A stretch of DNA of 64,000 nt from Mobula hypostoma (taxonomy: Eukaryota). The notes under the pieces are model-generated. The model was not told the DNA's origin. It did not search any database and saw nothing but the letters and a program-made list of their open reading frames with translations. The position numbers and the translations under genes are program-made. Shown here piece by piece: positions 12,265 to 24,978 of this stretch (the first letter of the stretch is position 1; every line of letters begins with the position of its first letter). Location of the stretch: the NCBI RefSeq assembly GCF_963921235.1, contig NC_086101.1:7194001-7258000 (forward strand), in the 5' to 3' direction.

Positions 12265-13224
12265 CTAGTTTAAAGTCACCTCAGTAGCCCCCGCTAATCT
12301 CCCTGCCAGGATATTGGTCCCCCTAGGATTCAAGTGTAACCCGTCCTTTTTGTACAGGTCACGCCTGCGCCAAAAGAGGTCCCAATGATACAAAAACTTG
12401 AATCCCTGCCCCCTGCTCCAATCCCTCAGCCACGCATTTATCCTCCACCTCATCGCATTCCTACTCTCACTGTCGCGTGGCACAGGCAGTAATCCCGAGA
12501 TTACTACCTTTGCGGTCCTTTTTCTCAACTCCCTTCCTAGCTCCCTATATTCTCCTTTCAGGACCTCATCCCTTTTCCTACCTATGTCATTGGTACCTAT
12601 ATGTACCACGACCTCTGGCTCCTCACCCTCCCACTTCAGGATATCTTGGACACGATCAGAAATATCCCGGACCCTGGCACCAGGGAGGCAAACTACCATC
12701 CGGGTCTCTGGACTGCGTCCATAGAATCGCCTATCTGACCCCCTTACTATCGAGTCCCCTATCACAACTGCCCTCCTCTTCCTTGCCCTACCCTTCTGAG
12801 CTACAGGGCCAGACTCTGTGCCGGAGGCACGGCCACTGTCGCTTCCCCCGGGTAAGCTGTCCCCCCCAACAGTACTCAAACAGGAGTACCTGTTGTTAAG
12901 GGGCACAGCCACTGGGGTACTCCCCATCACCTGACTTTTCCCCTTCCCCCTCCTAACCGTGACCCACTTGTCTGCCTCCCGTGGCCCCGCCGTGACCACC
13001 TGCCTTCCACTCCTCTCTATCACCTCCTCGCTCTCCCTGACCAGACGAAGGTCATCGAGCTGCAGCTCCAGTTCCGTAACGCGGTCCCTTAGGAGCTGCA
13101 TCTCGATGCACTTGGCGCAGATGTAGACGTCCAGGAGGCTTGGAGACTCCAGGGCCTCCCACATCCGACACCGAGAACAGCAAACTGCCCTCACAGTCAT
13201 AATGCCCCTCTCCTCAAATAGCAA
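12265..13224 (-). CDS. CR1 ORF1p: Cys-rich/leucine-zipper N-terminus plus SGNH (GDSL-like) esterase domain
   Basis: Open 319-aa ORF with CxxC..CxxC, heptad leucines, GDSIVRG, VVHIGTND and DGLHLN motifs. Confidence 0.85.
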   Translation of the reverse strand: MLFEERGIMTVRAVCCSRCRMWEALESPSLLDVYICAKCIEMQLLRDRVTELELQLDDLRLVRESEEVIERSGRQVVTAGPREADKWVTVRRGKGKSQVMGSTPVAVPLNNRYSCLSTVGGDSLPGGSDSGRASGTESGPVAQKGRARKRRAVVIGDSIVRGSDRRFYGRSPETRMVVCLPGARVRDISDRVQDILKWEGEEPEVVVHIGTNDIGRKRDEVLKGEYRELGRELRKRTAKVVISGLLPVPRDSESRNAMRWRINAWLRDWSRGQGFKFLYHWDLFWRRRDLYKKDGLHLNPRGTNILAGRLAGATEVTLN

Positions 13225-13674
13225 CAGAAAATGAATGTCAAACCTTCCTCGCCTCGCCTGCTTCCGCCTAAGCCCGTTGAGCCGAAGCCCTTAAGTCTTC
13301 ACTCTGCTCCCGGCTCACTCCACAGCCCGCAAACTACGCTGCCCGCTCTATGAGGCTTTGTTCCTTTTAAATCTGCCGCGCTGCACTGCCCGACGTCACA
13401 CGCCTGCGCAGTCCTGCCTCTCAGAAAGCCGTTGGAGAAAAAAAATAACGAAAATTTCAAAAATGTCTTTCTCGGCACTCCCACTCAGACTCTCAGACTC
13501 CTTCTTCGAATCAAACCCGAAGGGTACATGGAGCTTAGAAAAATAGAGGGCTATGTGGCAGGGAAATTCTAAGGAGTTTCTGGAGTAGGTTACATGGTTG
13601 GCACAACATTGTGGGCGAAAGGGCAGTAAATTTCTAGGTTTCTAAGTTTATTGATCCATTTTACTTATTATTAT

Positions 13675-13945
13675 TAAGAGATACAGCTCAGAATAGGCTA
13701 ATGAGCTGTGTCACTCACTAACCCACCTATTTAACAGGAGCTTAATTATAGGACAATGTATAATGGCCCATTTTCCAACTATCTGGTTTGTCTTTGGAAT
13801 GTGGGAGGAAACCGGAGCATCCGGAGAAAACCCACGTGGTCACTAGGAGAACGTACAATCTCCTTATGGACAGCGGTGGGAATCGAACTCAGTCACTGGT
13901 GCTGATAAGTGTTATGCTAAGAGCTCCACCGCCAGACCACCATTA
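13675..13945 (-). mobile_element. V-SINE (HE1-like)
   Basis: Reverse complement of the V core: GTGGGAGGAAACCGGAGCATCCGGAGAAAACCCACGTGGTCAC. Confidence 0.7.
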
Positions 13946-14369
13946 GTACCCCTGATAACCCCTTTTAGGTAGTTGCCACTCTGTGTATAGAAAAACTTGT
14001 CTCTGACGTTGTCTTTAAGCTCAGCCACTCCCTCCCCCAGCCTTAAAAGCATAACTACACAAAGGAAAAGATTCCGCTCTCCTATCCACGCTTCTCAGCA
14101 AATACACACCCATGCATTTGCTTCTAGGTTACAGTGGGAAGTAAGGGCAGTCATCATGGTGTCCTTGTTCACAGAAGGCCGAGCCTTCTTGAATACATTT
14201 CTGATGGAAACTTCTCAAGATGCTTTTTATTGCATTTGGAGTCAAAGTCACTGATGATTGTTCTCTGTCTAGTCTTACTGTTATCATGCTTCTCTGTGGT
14301 GGGTTGGTGGGCTAGTAGAGTGGAATGTCCCAGTCAATCAGACTCAGAGGTGGAGGGGAGCCTTGAATA

Positions 14370-14645
14370 CATGGTATTCAAAATTATGAGGGATATAGAT
14401 GGGGTAAATGTATGCAGGCATTTCCCTCCGAGGTTGGGCGAGACTACAACTAGAGGTCTTGGGTTGAGTGTGAAAAGTGAAATGTTTAAGGGGAACCCAA
14501 GGGGATTCACTCAGAGGATGAGCAAGTGTAGAACAAGCTGCCAGTGGAAAAGGTGGGTGCGGTTTGATTTCAATGTGTAAGAGTCATTTGGATAAGGAGG
14601 GGTATGTCGATCAGACTGGGCAGAATAACGGTCTGGCTCAGCGCA
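14370..14645 (+). mobile_element. Degenerate CR1 3' end
   Basis: VFKIMRDIDGVN..FPPRLGETTTRG in ORF 14134-14580. Confidence 0.65.
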
Positions 14646-16984
14646 CTGTTGCTTTTTATTGGCTGGGCACACTATTGATTTTTATTTATTGAGATACAGA
14701 GGGGAATCGGCCCTTCCGGCCCTTCAAGCCCAGCAACCACCGATTTAATGCGAGCCTAACCATGGGAGAATTTACAATGACCAATTAACCTGTCATCTCA
14801 AATTTAACCCCACCTATCCCCCTTTCACTAAGAAAGCCCTAGTTTATATTAGGTGCGTGGAATGCCCCATGACCACAACCCTATTACTTTTACACATTTC
14901 CATAATCTGATTACATATCTGTTCCTCAATATCCAGGTGGCTATTGGTGGAGAGGGGGAGGTCGGTATTACAATCCCATCAGTGTGATTGCACCCTTGTT
15001 GGCCATGGCAGATTTGAAATATGGAAGAAAACATCAAGCTCAAATGGGTCAAGGACAGTGGAAGCAGACAGATCAGTTGTCTTTGTTCCTGCCATCTACT
15101 TGGAGACAGAGGCTGCCATTTTGTGGAACTGTTTTTGTCCTCCATTTTGTGAGATGAAGTTGCTTTGCTTTCAGTGTTTTGAAGAAGACACAATGATGCT
15201 TCAGGTAATCTGCAGGACTGAAGATCCTTTCCAAATAAGAACTTATTTCTAAGATGTTCTTTGGCTGGATATAGCATGCAGGTTGGTGAATGTTGGGGTT
15301 GATGCCTGCCTGGAGTGATTCGAGTTTGTTGCTGATTAAGAACGAGGAGCTATAAATTATCGACTGTCACTTGATGGTCAATAAAAGAATGATGGCCTGG
15401 AGCAGAGCCAATAAGAGGGTGTTAAGGGTCAGACGCTTGACCTACAGTCAATGACCCTGGAATGCTACGTTTAAAGTAACAGGAAATCGATATAAAAATG
15501 GACATTGATTGCGCTCTCAGCAATAACTCTGGAGAATCACCATCGCGAGGAAGAACCCCCATGCCAGGGGCTGGGAGGAGGAAGGATGGAACGTCTGGCC
15601 AATGGAGATGCCCTATTTTGGCGTTATAAATTGGACAAGTTGTTTGAGCGAGTATTGGTACAGAAGGATCAGTAGAATTTATTTTCTAAGTTGTTAGCCT
15701 GGGGTCAACATAGTTATATTGTTGTTTGTACAGAGACAATGAAGTGTGAGCTTCAATTAATTATGAGTTGCCTAATGAATTTCCTAACCTCATTCTGTTC
15801 AGTCCTATTCCTGAGTTCCAGCCAACTGGACTCAGTCTGACCCCTCGTTACGTCTGCCCTGAGTGCAACTGTGATATTGTCCTTGATTAGTAGCACACCT
15901 CAACCCCCTCTTTTCCCTCCTCCTCTATATTTTCCAAAACTTTGAAAACCTGGTACATTAATCAGCCATTCCTGCCCCTCTCTCAACCGATTTTCAGTAA
16001 GGCTACAACATCGTAGTTCCATGCACTGATCTATGCTCTACGTTCATCACCCTCACCCATAATACTCCTAGCATGAAAATATACACAATTTAAACCATCT
16101 GAAACATCATATCTGCTATTTATATTTTGCCTTTCAATACTTTCCCTGGCATCTAACTTCTGGCCTGATCCATCCCTTACTGATGTGGGGCTCTGGTTCC
16201 TGCCACTTATAAAACTTATTTAAACCCTCTTGAAGATTTGTCACATAGTGGAATAGGAAGAGCTTCTTCCCTGAGGCTGTGACACTGCTGAACCTCTCAT
16301 CACAGCTCTAAGCAATATTGCATCTGTATTGTACTGTCTCAGTGCTTTTATATTTGTGTGCTGTAACACTTTATTCGCAGTTATTTCATAAATAACACTA
16401 TTCTTTGCATTTCTGGTCAGAGGCTAAATGCATTTCATTGTCTTTGTATCTGTACTCGGCACAATGACGATAAAGTTGTATCTAATCTAATCTAAAATCT
16501 AAACAGGAGTTGGTGCTGATGTCATTATTGAGTAGCTCTCGGCAGAAGACCTTTGGCCTCCAGTTCACCTTTTCATCAAGATGTTTGTAGCAACAGGTGA
16601 TTTTAGCTGGCTTATTACGCTTCAAAGGAAAGATATTTTTAAAAAGCTGATATAATTAAAGCTGCATTTTTTCCTAAAAGTTTCTTTCTCTTTAAAGGTG
16701 TTTAATATCTCCTGGATATAGCTTAAAAGACATTTACAACACTTTACAGAATCTCACGATGTCAGCAAGCACTGCAAGATATGGCTTTTGAACATAGAAC
16801 ATGGAGCAGTAGAGTGCAGGCTCATCAGACCTTGACCTTGTGCTGACCTTTTAACCTACTCAAAGCTCAGCCTAACCCTTCACTGGAATATTGTGTTCCG
16901 TTCTCTTTGCGTTATTACGGGAAAGATGTAGAAACTTTATTGATGATGCAGAAGAGATTTACCAGGCTGCTGCCTGGATTAGAC

Positions 16985-19080
16985 CATAACACACGGGAGC
17001 AGAATCAGGCCATTTGGCCCATCGAGTCTGCTCTGCCATTCAATCATGGCTGACCCTTTTTCCCCTCCTTAGCCCTGCTCACTGCCCTTCTCCCCGTAAC
17101 CTTTGATGCTGTGTCCAATCAAGAACCTATGAATTGCTGTCTCAAATACGCCCAGCAACCTGGCCTCCACAGCTGCCTGTGGTAACAAATTCCACAAATT
17201 CACTACCAGCTGGCTAAAGAAATTTCTCCACATCTCTGCTTTAAAAGGATGCCCCTCTATCCTGAGGCTGTGCTGTCTTGTCCTAGACTACCCCACCATG
17301 AGAAATATCCTTTCCACATCTTCCTTGTCAAGGCCTTTCAACATTCAAAATGTTTCAATGAGATTCTCCCCCCACCCCCCTCATCCTTCTGAATTCCAGT
17401 GAGTACAGATGCAGAGCCATCAAACATTCCTTGTATGATAACCCTTTCATTCCCAGAATCATCCTTCTGAACCTCCCCTGAACCCTCTCCAATGCCAGCA
17501 CATCTTTGCTTGGATGAGGGCCCCAAAACTGTTCACAATATTCAAGATGAGGCCCCACCATTGCCTTATAAAGCCTCAGCATCGCATCCCTGCTCTTGTA
17601 TCCTGAATTCTAACATTGCATTTGCCTTCCTCACCCTTGTCTCAACCTGCAATTTGACCTTCAAGTTCTGCACAAGGACTCTCATGACCCTTTGCATCTC
17701 AGAATTTTGGAAGTTCTCCTCATTTAGAAAAACAATCTGCACATCTATTTCTATTACCAAAGTGCATAACCATGCATTTTCCAACATTTTATTTCATTTG
17801 CCACTTTCTTGCACATTCTTCTAGTCTAAGTCCTTCAGCAGCCTGTTTCCTAAGTCCTACTTGTAATCTCCTCAAAGAATTCCAGCAGGTTCATCAGGCA
17901 AGATTTTCCCTTAACGAAACTCTGTTGACTTTGTCCTATCTTGTCCTATGTGACCAAGTACTCCATAACCTCACCCTTAAGAATTGACTCCAACATCTTC
18001 CCAACCACTGAGGTGAGGCTAACTGGTCTATAATTTACTTTTGGCTACCTTCCTCCTTTTTTAAAGATTGGAGTGGCATTTGCAATTTTCCAGTTCTCTG
18101 GCACCATGCCAGAGTCCAATGATTTTTGAAAGATCAACACTAATGTATTCTCAATCTCTACCGCTACCTCTTTCAGGACCCTAGAGTGCAGTTCATCTGG
18201 TCCAGATGACTTATGTACCCTTAGATCTTTCAGCTTTTTGAGCACCTTCTCCCCTGTTATTGTAATTGCACTCCTCTTCTCACACACACTACAATATCTG
18301 GCAGACTACAAGTGTCTTCCACAGTGAAGACTTATTTAGTTGATCTACCATCTTCCTGTCCCCTGTTATGATTTCTCTGGCTTCATTTTCTAGCGTTCCT
18401 ATATCCACTCTCATCTCTCAATTATTTTTACATACTTGAAAAAGCTTTTACTATCCACTTTGATATTGTTTGCTAGCTTGTTTTCATATTTTATCTTTTC
18501 CTTCCGAATGATTCTTCTAGTTGCTCTCTGTAGATTTTTAAAAGCTTCCGCCTCTATCTTCCTGCTAATTTTTGCTGTGTTGTATGCCCTTTCTTTCGCT
18601 TTTACATGAGCTTTGACTCCTCTTGTCAGCCACGGTTGTACTATTTTGCATTTTGAGTATTTCTTCAGTTTTGGAACACATATGTCCTGCACCTTCCTCA
18701 TTTTTCCCAGAAACTCAAGCCATTGCTGCTTTGCTTGTCATCCCTGCCAGTATCTCCTTCCAATTAACTTTGGCCAAGTGCTCTCTCATACCACTCTAAC
18801 TTCCTTTACTCCACTGAAAGATATATTAAATTGAACTCAAACATATTGTGGTTACTGCTTCCTAAAGCCCCTTTTACCTTAAGCTCCCTAATCACCTCTG
18901 GTTCATTACATAACATGCAATGTAGTATTGCTGATCCCCTAGGTGCCAGGAACTGACTGGACATAAAAGCCATTTCATGGGCATTCAACTCTCTTGAGAT
19001 CCATGACCAACCTAATTTTCCCAGTCAACCTGCATGTTAAAATCTCCCATGACTATATTAACATTGCCCTTTTGACACGA
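16985..19080 (-). mobile_element. Degenerate, internally deleted CR1
   Basis: ORFs 17355-17582, 18045-18287, 18411-18701 and 18806-18988 match CR1 ORF2 segments in order. Confidence 0.85.
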
Positions 19081-19084
19081 CTTC

Positions 19085-19500
19085 AGAGAGTATGTCTTAT
19101 AAGGAAAGTTGAGTGAGTTAAAAGTTCTCTCTATGGAGCAAAGGAGGATGACAGAAATTTTGATAGATATGTATAAGATAAAAAGATGTACAGATAGAGC
19201 TATTCCCCCAGGGTAATATGAAGGGTAATTTTAAGTTGATTGGACAAATGTACATGGGGTTATCAGAGGTAGGTTTTTCAGAACACAGAGGGTGGTTAAA
19301 TGCGTGGAAAGTGCTGCCTGGGTAGTGGCAGAGTCAGATACATTACTGATATTTAACTTTTTGATGGGCATGTAGATGAAGGAAAAATGGAGGGATAAGT
19401 GGCGAGGAAATGTTTGGTAGATCATGGGCTAAGTTAAAGGGTCAGCACAATATCATGGGCTGAACAGCCTGTACAGTGCTGTTCTATGTACCATGTTCTG
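19085..19500 (+). mobile_element. Degenerate CR1 3' end
   Basis: Similar to 3670-3998. Ends GGGCTGAACAGCCTGTACAGTGCTGTTCTATG. Confidence 0.7.
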
Positions 19501-20929
19501 AATTTGTGTGTGTCAGATTTACCTCGCTTAATGACATCTAATGTTTTGCACAAGGCTGTGTTCACCAAAAAAGAGTGATCGAATTTTGCACCCGGTGGGA
19601 CACGATCTGCCACTGATAATGTACAGTCCTCCTCACTGATCCTGCAAAAAGTAAGCAACCAATTATGAACATCAACATCTTTCCTAATTACTTCACATAA
19701 CTGCGCAGAGTTTGAGTCGAGTGTATCCTACCTCATCTCCCAGTTTGCTTCCTCCTGAAAGAAATAAAGCACAAATGTGAATTTGATGAGACTGAATGGC
19801 TCCAAGTTGCGACAAACTAATAAGGATTCCCAAACACGGATACACAGATAACAAGAGGAGGTTGCAGGAAGGAGGTAAAGGCACGGGAGAAAGTCCAAGC
19901 AGCAAGAACATTTGAGCCTGATGTATGTCTGAAAGGATGCAATTACCAGGAATGAGAAAACCTGACCACCACAATGAAAGGAATAATCAGTTTTAAAATA
20001 TCACCAGAATTCATAGGCTGGATGTGGATGTTATATCTACTTGTGTAAAAACCAAAAGCTCGATATTAAATATTTGTAGTGGTAAATAGTAAATCCCAAA
20101 AGAGCTTTAGTGAACAGAATGTGTAACTCAAAAAGTCATAGACAAATAAAAATGAACCCTAACCTCCAGCAGTTTCTCCCTCTCTCCCCCTCTCTCTCTC
20201 TCTGTCTTGTTGCCTTTCTTCATTCTGACTCCCCTATTATCTCTTCTCTTCTCATCTCCATCTCCTCCTTCCCACTCTCCCATGGTCCACGGTCCTCTCC
20301 TGTCAGATTTCACCTTTACCTCTTTCACTTCTCACCTCCCAGGTTCTCAGTCAGCCTCCACAGCCCACGCCCCCCACCCTCCTCCGCTGAAATGCGGTGG
20401 TGATTGGCCTATCTTCGATGTCAACAGGCTACATTCTTTGAGTGCCAGAAACCCACTGGGCAAATTACACGCAGATAAATAAACAGGAATACATACTGTA
20501 TAGAATGTAAATCCGATTTGAAAGTCCGGTGTTAGCTCCCGCTCGTAGACACAATCGCGCTCTTACCCACCACACCGGACACATTCACAGCGTGTAAATG
20601 TTTGTGTCAATGTCAGAGGAATATTAACGCTGGGAAACAGGTAAGGACCAGAGCAACCGCGGAGGTGTGTGTTTGTGTGTGTGTGTTTGTGTGTGGGGGG
20701 GGGGGGGGGGGCGCTGTACAATGCAGACAGTGTGCGAGGACAGTTAATGCGGTAACAATATCGGATTCACCTTGCAAGGGATGAAGCACCTCTGTTTTAA
20801 ATCAGTTCAAATTGATCAGAAAATCGCGCCTTTATTTCATGTAGACACGTGACAAATAAAACTAATGTTGACACAAACTGAAACATAATCCCTCACCCTC
20901 AGGGATATCACGTCATCTCCTTGATCAAC

Positions 20930-21094
20930 ACACATCAAAGTTGCTGGTGAACGCAGCCGGCCAGGCAGCAAGGGTCTCGGCCCGAAACGTCGACTGTACC
21001 TCTTCCTAGAGATGCTGCCTGGCCTGCTGCGTTCACCAGCAACTTTGATGTGTGTTGCTTGAATTTCCAGCTTCTGCAGAATTCCTCGTGTTTA
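20930..21094. mobile_element. Penelope-derived mini hairpin insertion in TRIM exon 3
   Basis: Matches the ends of the element at 24979-26167. Inverted arms of about 44 bp. 16-bp TSD CATCTCCTT(G/C)ATCAAC at 20914-20929 and 21095-21110. Confidence 0.85.
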
Positions 21095-22214
21095 CATCTC
21101 CTTCATCAACCTGTTTCAGTAATGATGAGAATTTATGCTTTATAGATTTTAAATTATCTTGAATCTCTCCAAGATTTTTCTCCATTGTACTTAAAATCTT
21201 CTGCACTTCTTCCTGGAGTTCTCTGAGAATGCGCTGCTCTTTCTGATCGACAATCTGGTGCATTCTAGCGAATTCCGATTTGATGTAGGACTACAGGCTG
21301 CGGCACTGTGCCTGTCACACAGAAGGGGAATATCTTTAGACACAATAAGCGTAAACGAATTTACACAAGATGACGCCTTTCCAAGAGCGAGACCCTACCT
21401 CGACTCCAGAAATCTTGAGTTTTTGCTCTTGTTCCATTTCCTGGATCACTGATTTCTTTTTTTGTGAGAGAATTTATGGAAGACTTAACTTGATTCTGAG
21501 AAGGTGTTTGTTAAAAAAGAAAAAAAAACAGAACGAGAGAGTTTGACATTAAGATACAAAGAAATAGCTGCGTGATCAAATTGTTCTCACCTTTACCTTG
21601 AACGTTTCCACCGCTTCTTTAACCGGCATGATATTGTGAGACCTGTTCGCGCGCTGTTGCACAAATCACACAGAGGACTTTCCCTTCCGTTTCACAAAAC
21701 AGCTGAAGTTCTTCCTCATGCTCATCGCAGAGAGATTCCTTCCCTTCTCTTTCGGATTCAGGCTTAATTTCTGAGCCTTCTCAACCAGACTTGCCAAGGT
21801 CCGATTTACCCTGAGAGTGCGGCTGTTCAACACCTCTCTACATTCCCGGCAGGAATTTCTCTTCTCCTCCCCTAACCAACACTGTACGATACAGGAGCGG
21901 CAGAAGTTGTGCCCACACTCCAGTGACACCGGATCCGTGAATACACCGAGACGGACAGGACAAATTAATTCCTCGGTCAAACTCTCAACTTGCTGTTTAT
22001 TAACTCTGGCACTTGCTTGTCCGAAACTCTTTGGCTTTCGGAGAATTGCCGAACTACTGCAATACCTGAAGCATCCACTAAGTGTACTGTAGCACTCGTG
22101 ATATGAAAACTAAATAGAGGAGATCAGAGTAAATCCATCCCGGCATTTTCTAACGAGTTCCACAAGAAGGAAGGATTGATAAGATAGCAAGTTGACCCGA
22201 CTATTACTGAGGCG

Positions 22215-22520
22215 GCGGGCGGCACGTCAGCATAGTGGTTAGTGTCACTTTTTACAGTGTGAGTGAGCGGGTTCGATTCTCGCCGTTGGCTGTAAGGAGT
22301 TTATACGATCTCCCCCTGACCACGCGAGTTTTCCGGTGCTCCAGTTCTCTCCCACATTCTAAAGACGTACGAGCTCGGGTAAGTAGTGGGCATACTACGT
22401 TGGTGTCAGAATGTGTGGTGACACTCGTGGGCTGCCGCAGCACATCCACGGGTTGTGCTGGTTGTTGACTCAAATCACACATTTCCCTGCCTGTTTCAAT
22501 GGGCAAGCTAATCTTTATGA
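22215..22520 (+). mobile_element. V-SINE
   Basis: A/B-box-like head (CATAGTGGTTAG, GGTTCGATTC) and core TCTCCCCCTGACCACGCGAGTTTTCCGGTGCTCCAGTTCTCTCCCACATTCTAAAGACG. Confidence 0.7.
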
Positions 22521-22803
22521 GAGACATGAGCTCTTTCTGCCCGTGGGGGAGATGGAGAGTGCTGGGCTCCGAGTTTACTGGACAACCTGAACTTGTTGAT
22601 TGTTGTCGTAACAAAACTTAGTTTCCCTGGTGCTTTCTGTTTAATCTTGTTAAGTTGATTTTGACAGATATGGATTTTCTGTGTTCTGTGATAATTTAAG
22701 TAGACTCCCAATTAGCGCTTATCATGGGATCCTAGCTTTGAGAATGTTACATCTCACGGTGTCACCCTGTCGAGCCGCTGATTTTCATAGTGCTCTTATT
22801 ATG

Positions 22804-23782
22804 TGGCGCGTGGCCAAGTGGTTAGGGTGTTTGACTAGCGACCTGAAGGTCGTGAGTTCGAGCCTAACCAAGGCAGCGTGTGTCCTTGGGGTCTTGAGGC
22901 TTGAGACTTGCAGACAGGCTTGGGGTCTTGAGGCTTGAGCTTGGAGACAGGCTGGGGTCTTGAGGCTTGAGCTTGGAAACAGGCTGGGAATTGTACATCA
23001 ACATGGAGCTGGGACTTATCTTTCGGAAAGCCGGGACTCATCTTCAACAAGACACCAATATGAGACAGGACAGTACATAGACATAGAGCCAGGACTTATA
23101 CTTAGATAAGCCAGGACTCAACTTCTTCTCCACACCAAGGTGGGACAGGACCATCCGTCGGGTAACGGCAGAACAGCCAGACTTACCCAACAGAGGCAAA
23201 GACAAGGCAAGACAAGACAGATCCCCCCACAGGGCAATGGCAGAATGGCCTGACTTACCCCACGGAGGCAAGGACAAGACAAGACAGATCCCCCCGCAGG
23301 TCAACAGCAGAACGGCCTGAATTACCCCACGGAGGATAAGAAGAGACAAACACTGAAGAACGACAGACAGTTCCATCTCTGCATTGGCGATTGAACTCGA
23401 CAGTGGTGCAGACAAGGTATCCAGGCAGAGAGTCAGGTGAGGGGGGAAAAGACAGGGAGGGGAACAGGACAGTCCAGCAGGGAATCCCTGGTTTGCAGAG
23501 GTATTTATGTCTCAACCCCAAAACAAGAATCATGTGCCCACTAGAGAAACTGGAGAAAACCCAGAAACCCTGGAACAAGGAACCATGGACTGGACCGTGA
23601 ACCGGAACACGGACTTCATGGACCGGACCATGACAGGTGGGGGTCAACCTCACGATAGACTGGCGTCCTATCCGGGGGAGGGGGAGAGTCTCGTACTCTC
23701 AGTCACTTCACGCCACAGAAACCAGGATAAGCACCGGCCTGATGGGCCTATAAGGCTCGGGACAAGACCTTGACTTTGACTT
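22804..23782 (+). mobile_element. tRNA-derived SINE split by an LTR-like insertion (about 22888-23635, minus strand)
   Basis: SINE head at 22804-22887. The insert begins TGTCATGG on the minus strand at 23635 and contains short tandem repeats. A SINE-like 3' part at 23636-23782 ends in TTGACTTTGACTT. Confidence 0.55.
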
Positions 23783-24978
23783 ATGGATAAACCCTGATTG
23801 CTGTCTCCCACATGAGAGTCTATCTTTCCTCTGCACTTGGCTTCAGTCTTTGCCAGCGAACGCCGTGACAACTGGGTCTGATAATACTTCAGACAGCTTT
23901 TGTTCACGTGTGGGGAAATGGTGGTTACGTGGAAATCTGGAACCGCTGTTCATGAAATTATTTCTGTAAAAAAGCAGGAGATCTGGAGAAAATATGGTAT
24001 TGCAAGGTGGCAAATACATGAGCACTATTGAGGCATGACAGCAGAATATGCAGGGCAAGGGCACATTTAGCTTTCCAGTGCCTGGCGAGTGAAGAATTTT
24101 GTGACATCATATCTGATGTAATTCTTGAGCTCACTTATTCGGCATTAACCCCACGAGTGGAAATCGTTTCCCTCTTTCTGACCTGTTAACTCATGCAGCT
24201 CCAGAGACAAGCCCCACTGGATAGGAAGATGGAGCCGACAGGTACATGTGCCAGTTGAGGGATACCAGTCCACCTTCCAGATTCAGGTTGGCTTCCTGGA
24301 TTAATAGTACAGGTAGAGTGAGTGAAATATTGGCCCAAGGGTTTGCCGTTTGTGGCAGAGTACCATCCTGCTCCTCATAGGCCACATTGACTCCTGGACA
24401 CTCAGTACTAAAGGTACTGGATCTATTTTAAACACAAGAGATTCTGCAGATGCTGAAAATCCAGAGCAACACACACAAAATGGTGGAGGGACTCAGCAGG
24501 GCAGGCAGCATCTATGGAGAGAAATTAGCAGTGTATTCAAATCCTGTCCCATTTAGCATGGTGACCATTCCATGCAGCATTATAGGATCTGAATCCGAGG
24601 GAAACACATAAGTTCACAGTAAAAGTTAAATATTGTGGAGGGGAGTAACGAAGAATATTTCACTCATATTCACTGCATAGATGTATGGTGGAGGCAAAGG
24701 CTAAAATAGCCAAAACATAGAAATCTACCGATTGAACAGTGAATGGGATTAACACAGATGAAAATCAATGGTCGGTATGGGCATGATGGGCCAAAAGGTT
24801 TGCTTCTGTGCTACATGAGTCGATGACCCTATGGAGTTTCTATTTAATGCTTTTTAGATCTCATGGATGTTTGTCCAATCTTCTCTAAAAACCAAGACTC
24901 ATGATTAAATGAATCTTGCCACAACCTCTTGAAACAAATAATTCAGAATGTTATTGCTCACGTCTATTGTTTGCATGA

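Larger units (their letters stand above)
9131..13520 (-). mobile_element. Full-length CR1 LINE, nearly intact
   Basis: GC-rich 5' UTR (about 13230-13520), ORF1 12265-13224, ORF2 about 12259-9226 (APE + RT, FADDTK), and a (TTTCTATG)n tail at 9131-9150. Confidence 0.95.
8360..22005 (-). pseudogene. TRIM pseudogene (RING, B-box, coiled-coil, B30.2), six-exon model
   Basis: Exons with GT-AG edges: about 22005-21597 (RING + B-box), 21495-21399, 21311-20897, 20791-20771 (tentative), 19641-19523 and 8886-8360. Lesions: no ATG at the expected place, RING Cys2 to Arg (CPVR), two frameshifts in exon 1, 97-nt exon 2, TAG and a transposon in exon 3, frameshift in exon 6. Confidence 0.85.

Noticed and set aside
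15291..15709. Solo LTR (TGTTG..CAACA)
   Set aside because: Short terminal inverted match, but no target-site duplication or second copy in the window.
21666..21980. Functional RING-only protein
   Set aside because: TTG start, second zinc-ligand Cys replaced by Arg, and a frameshifted B-box. It is part of the pseudogene.
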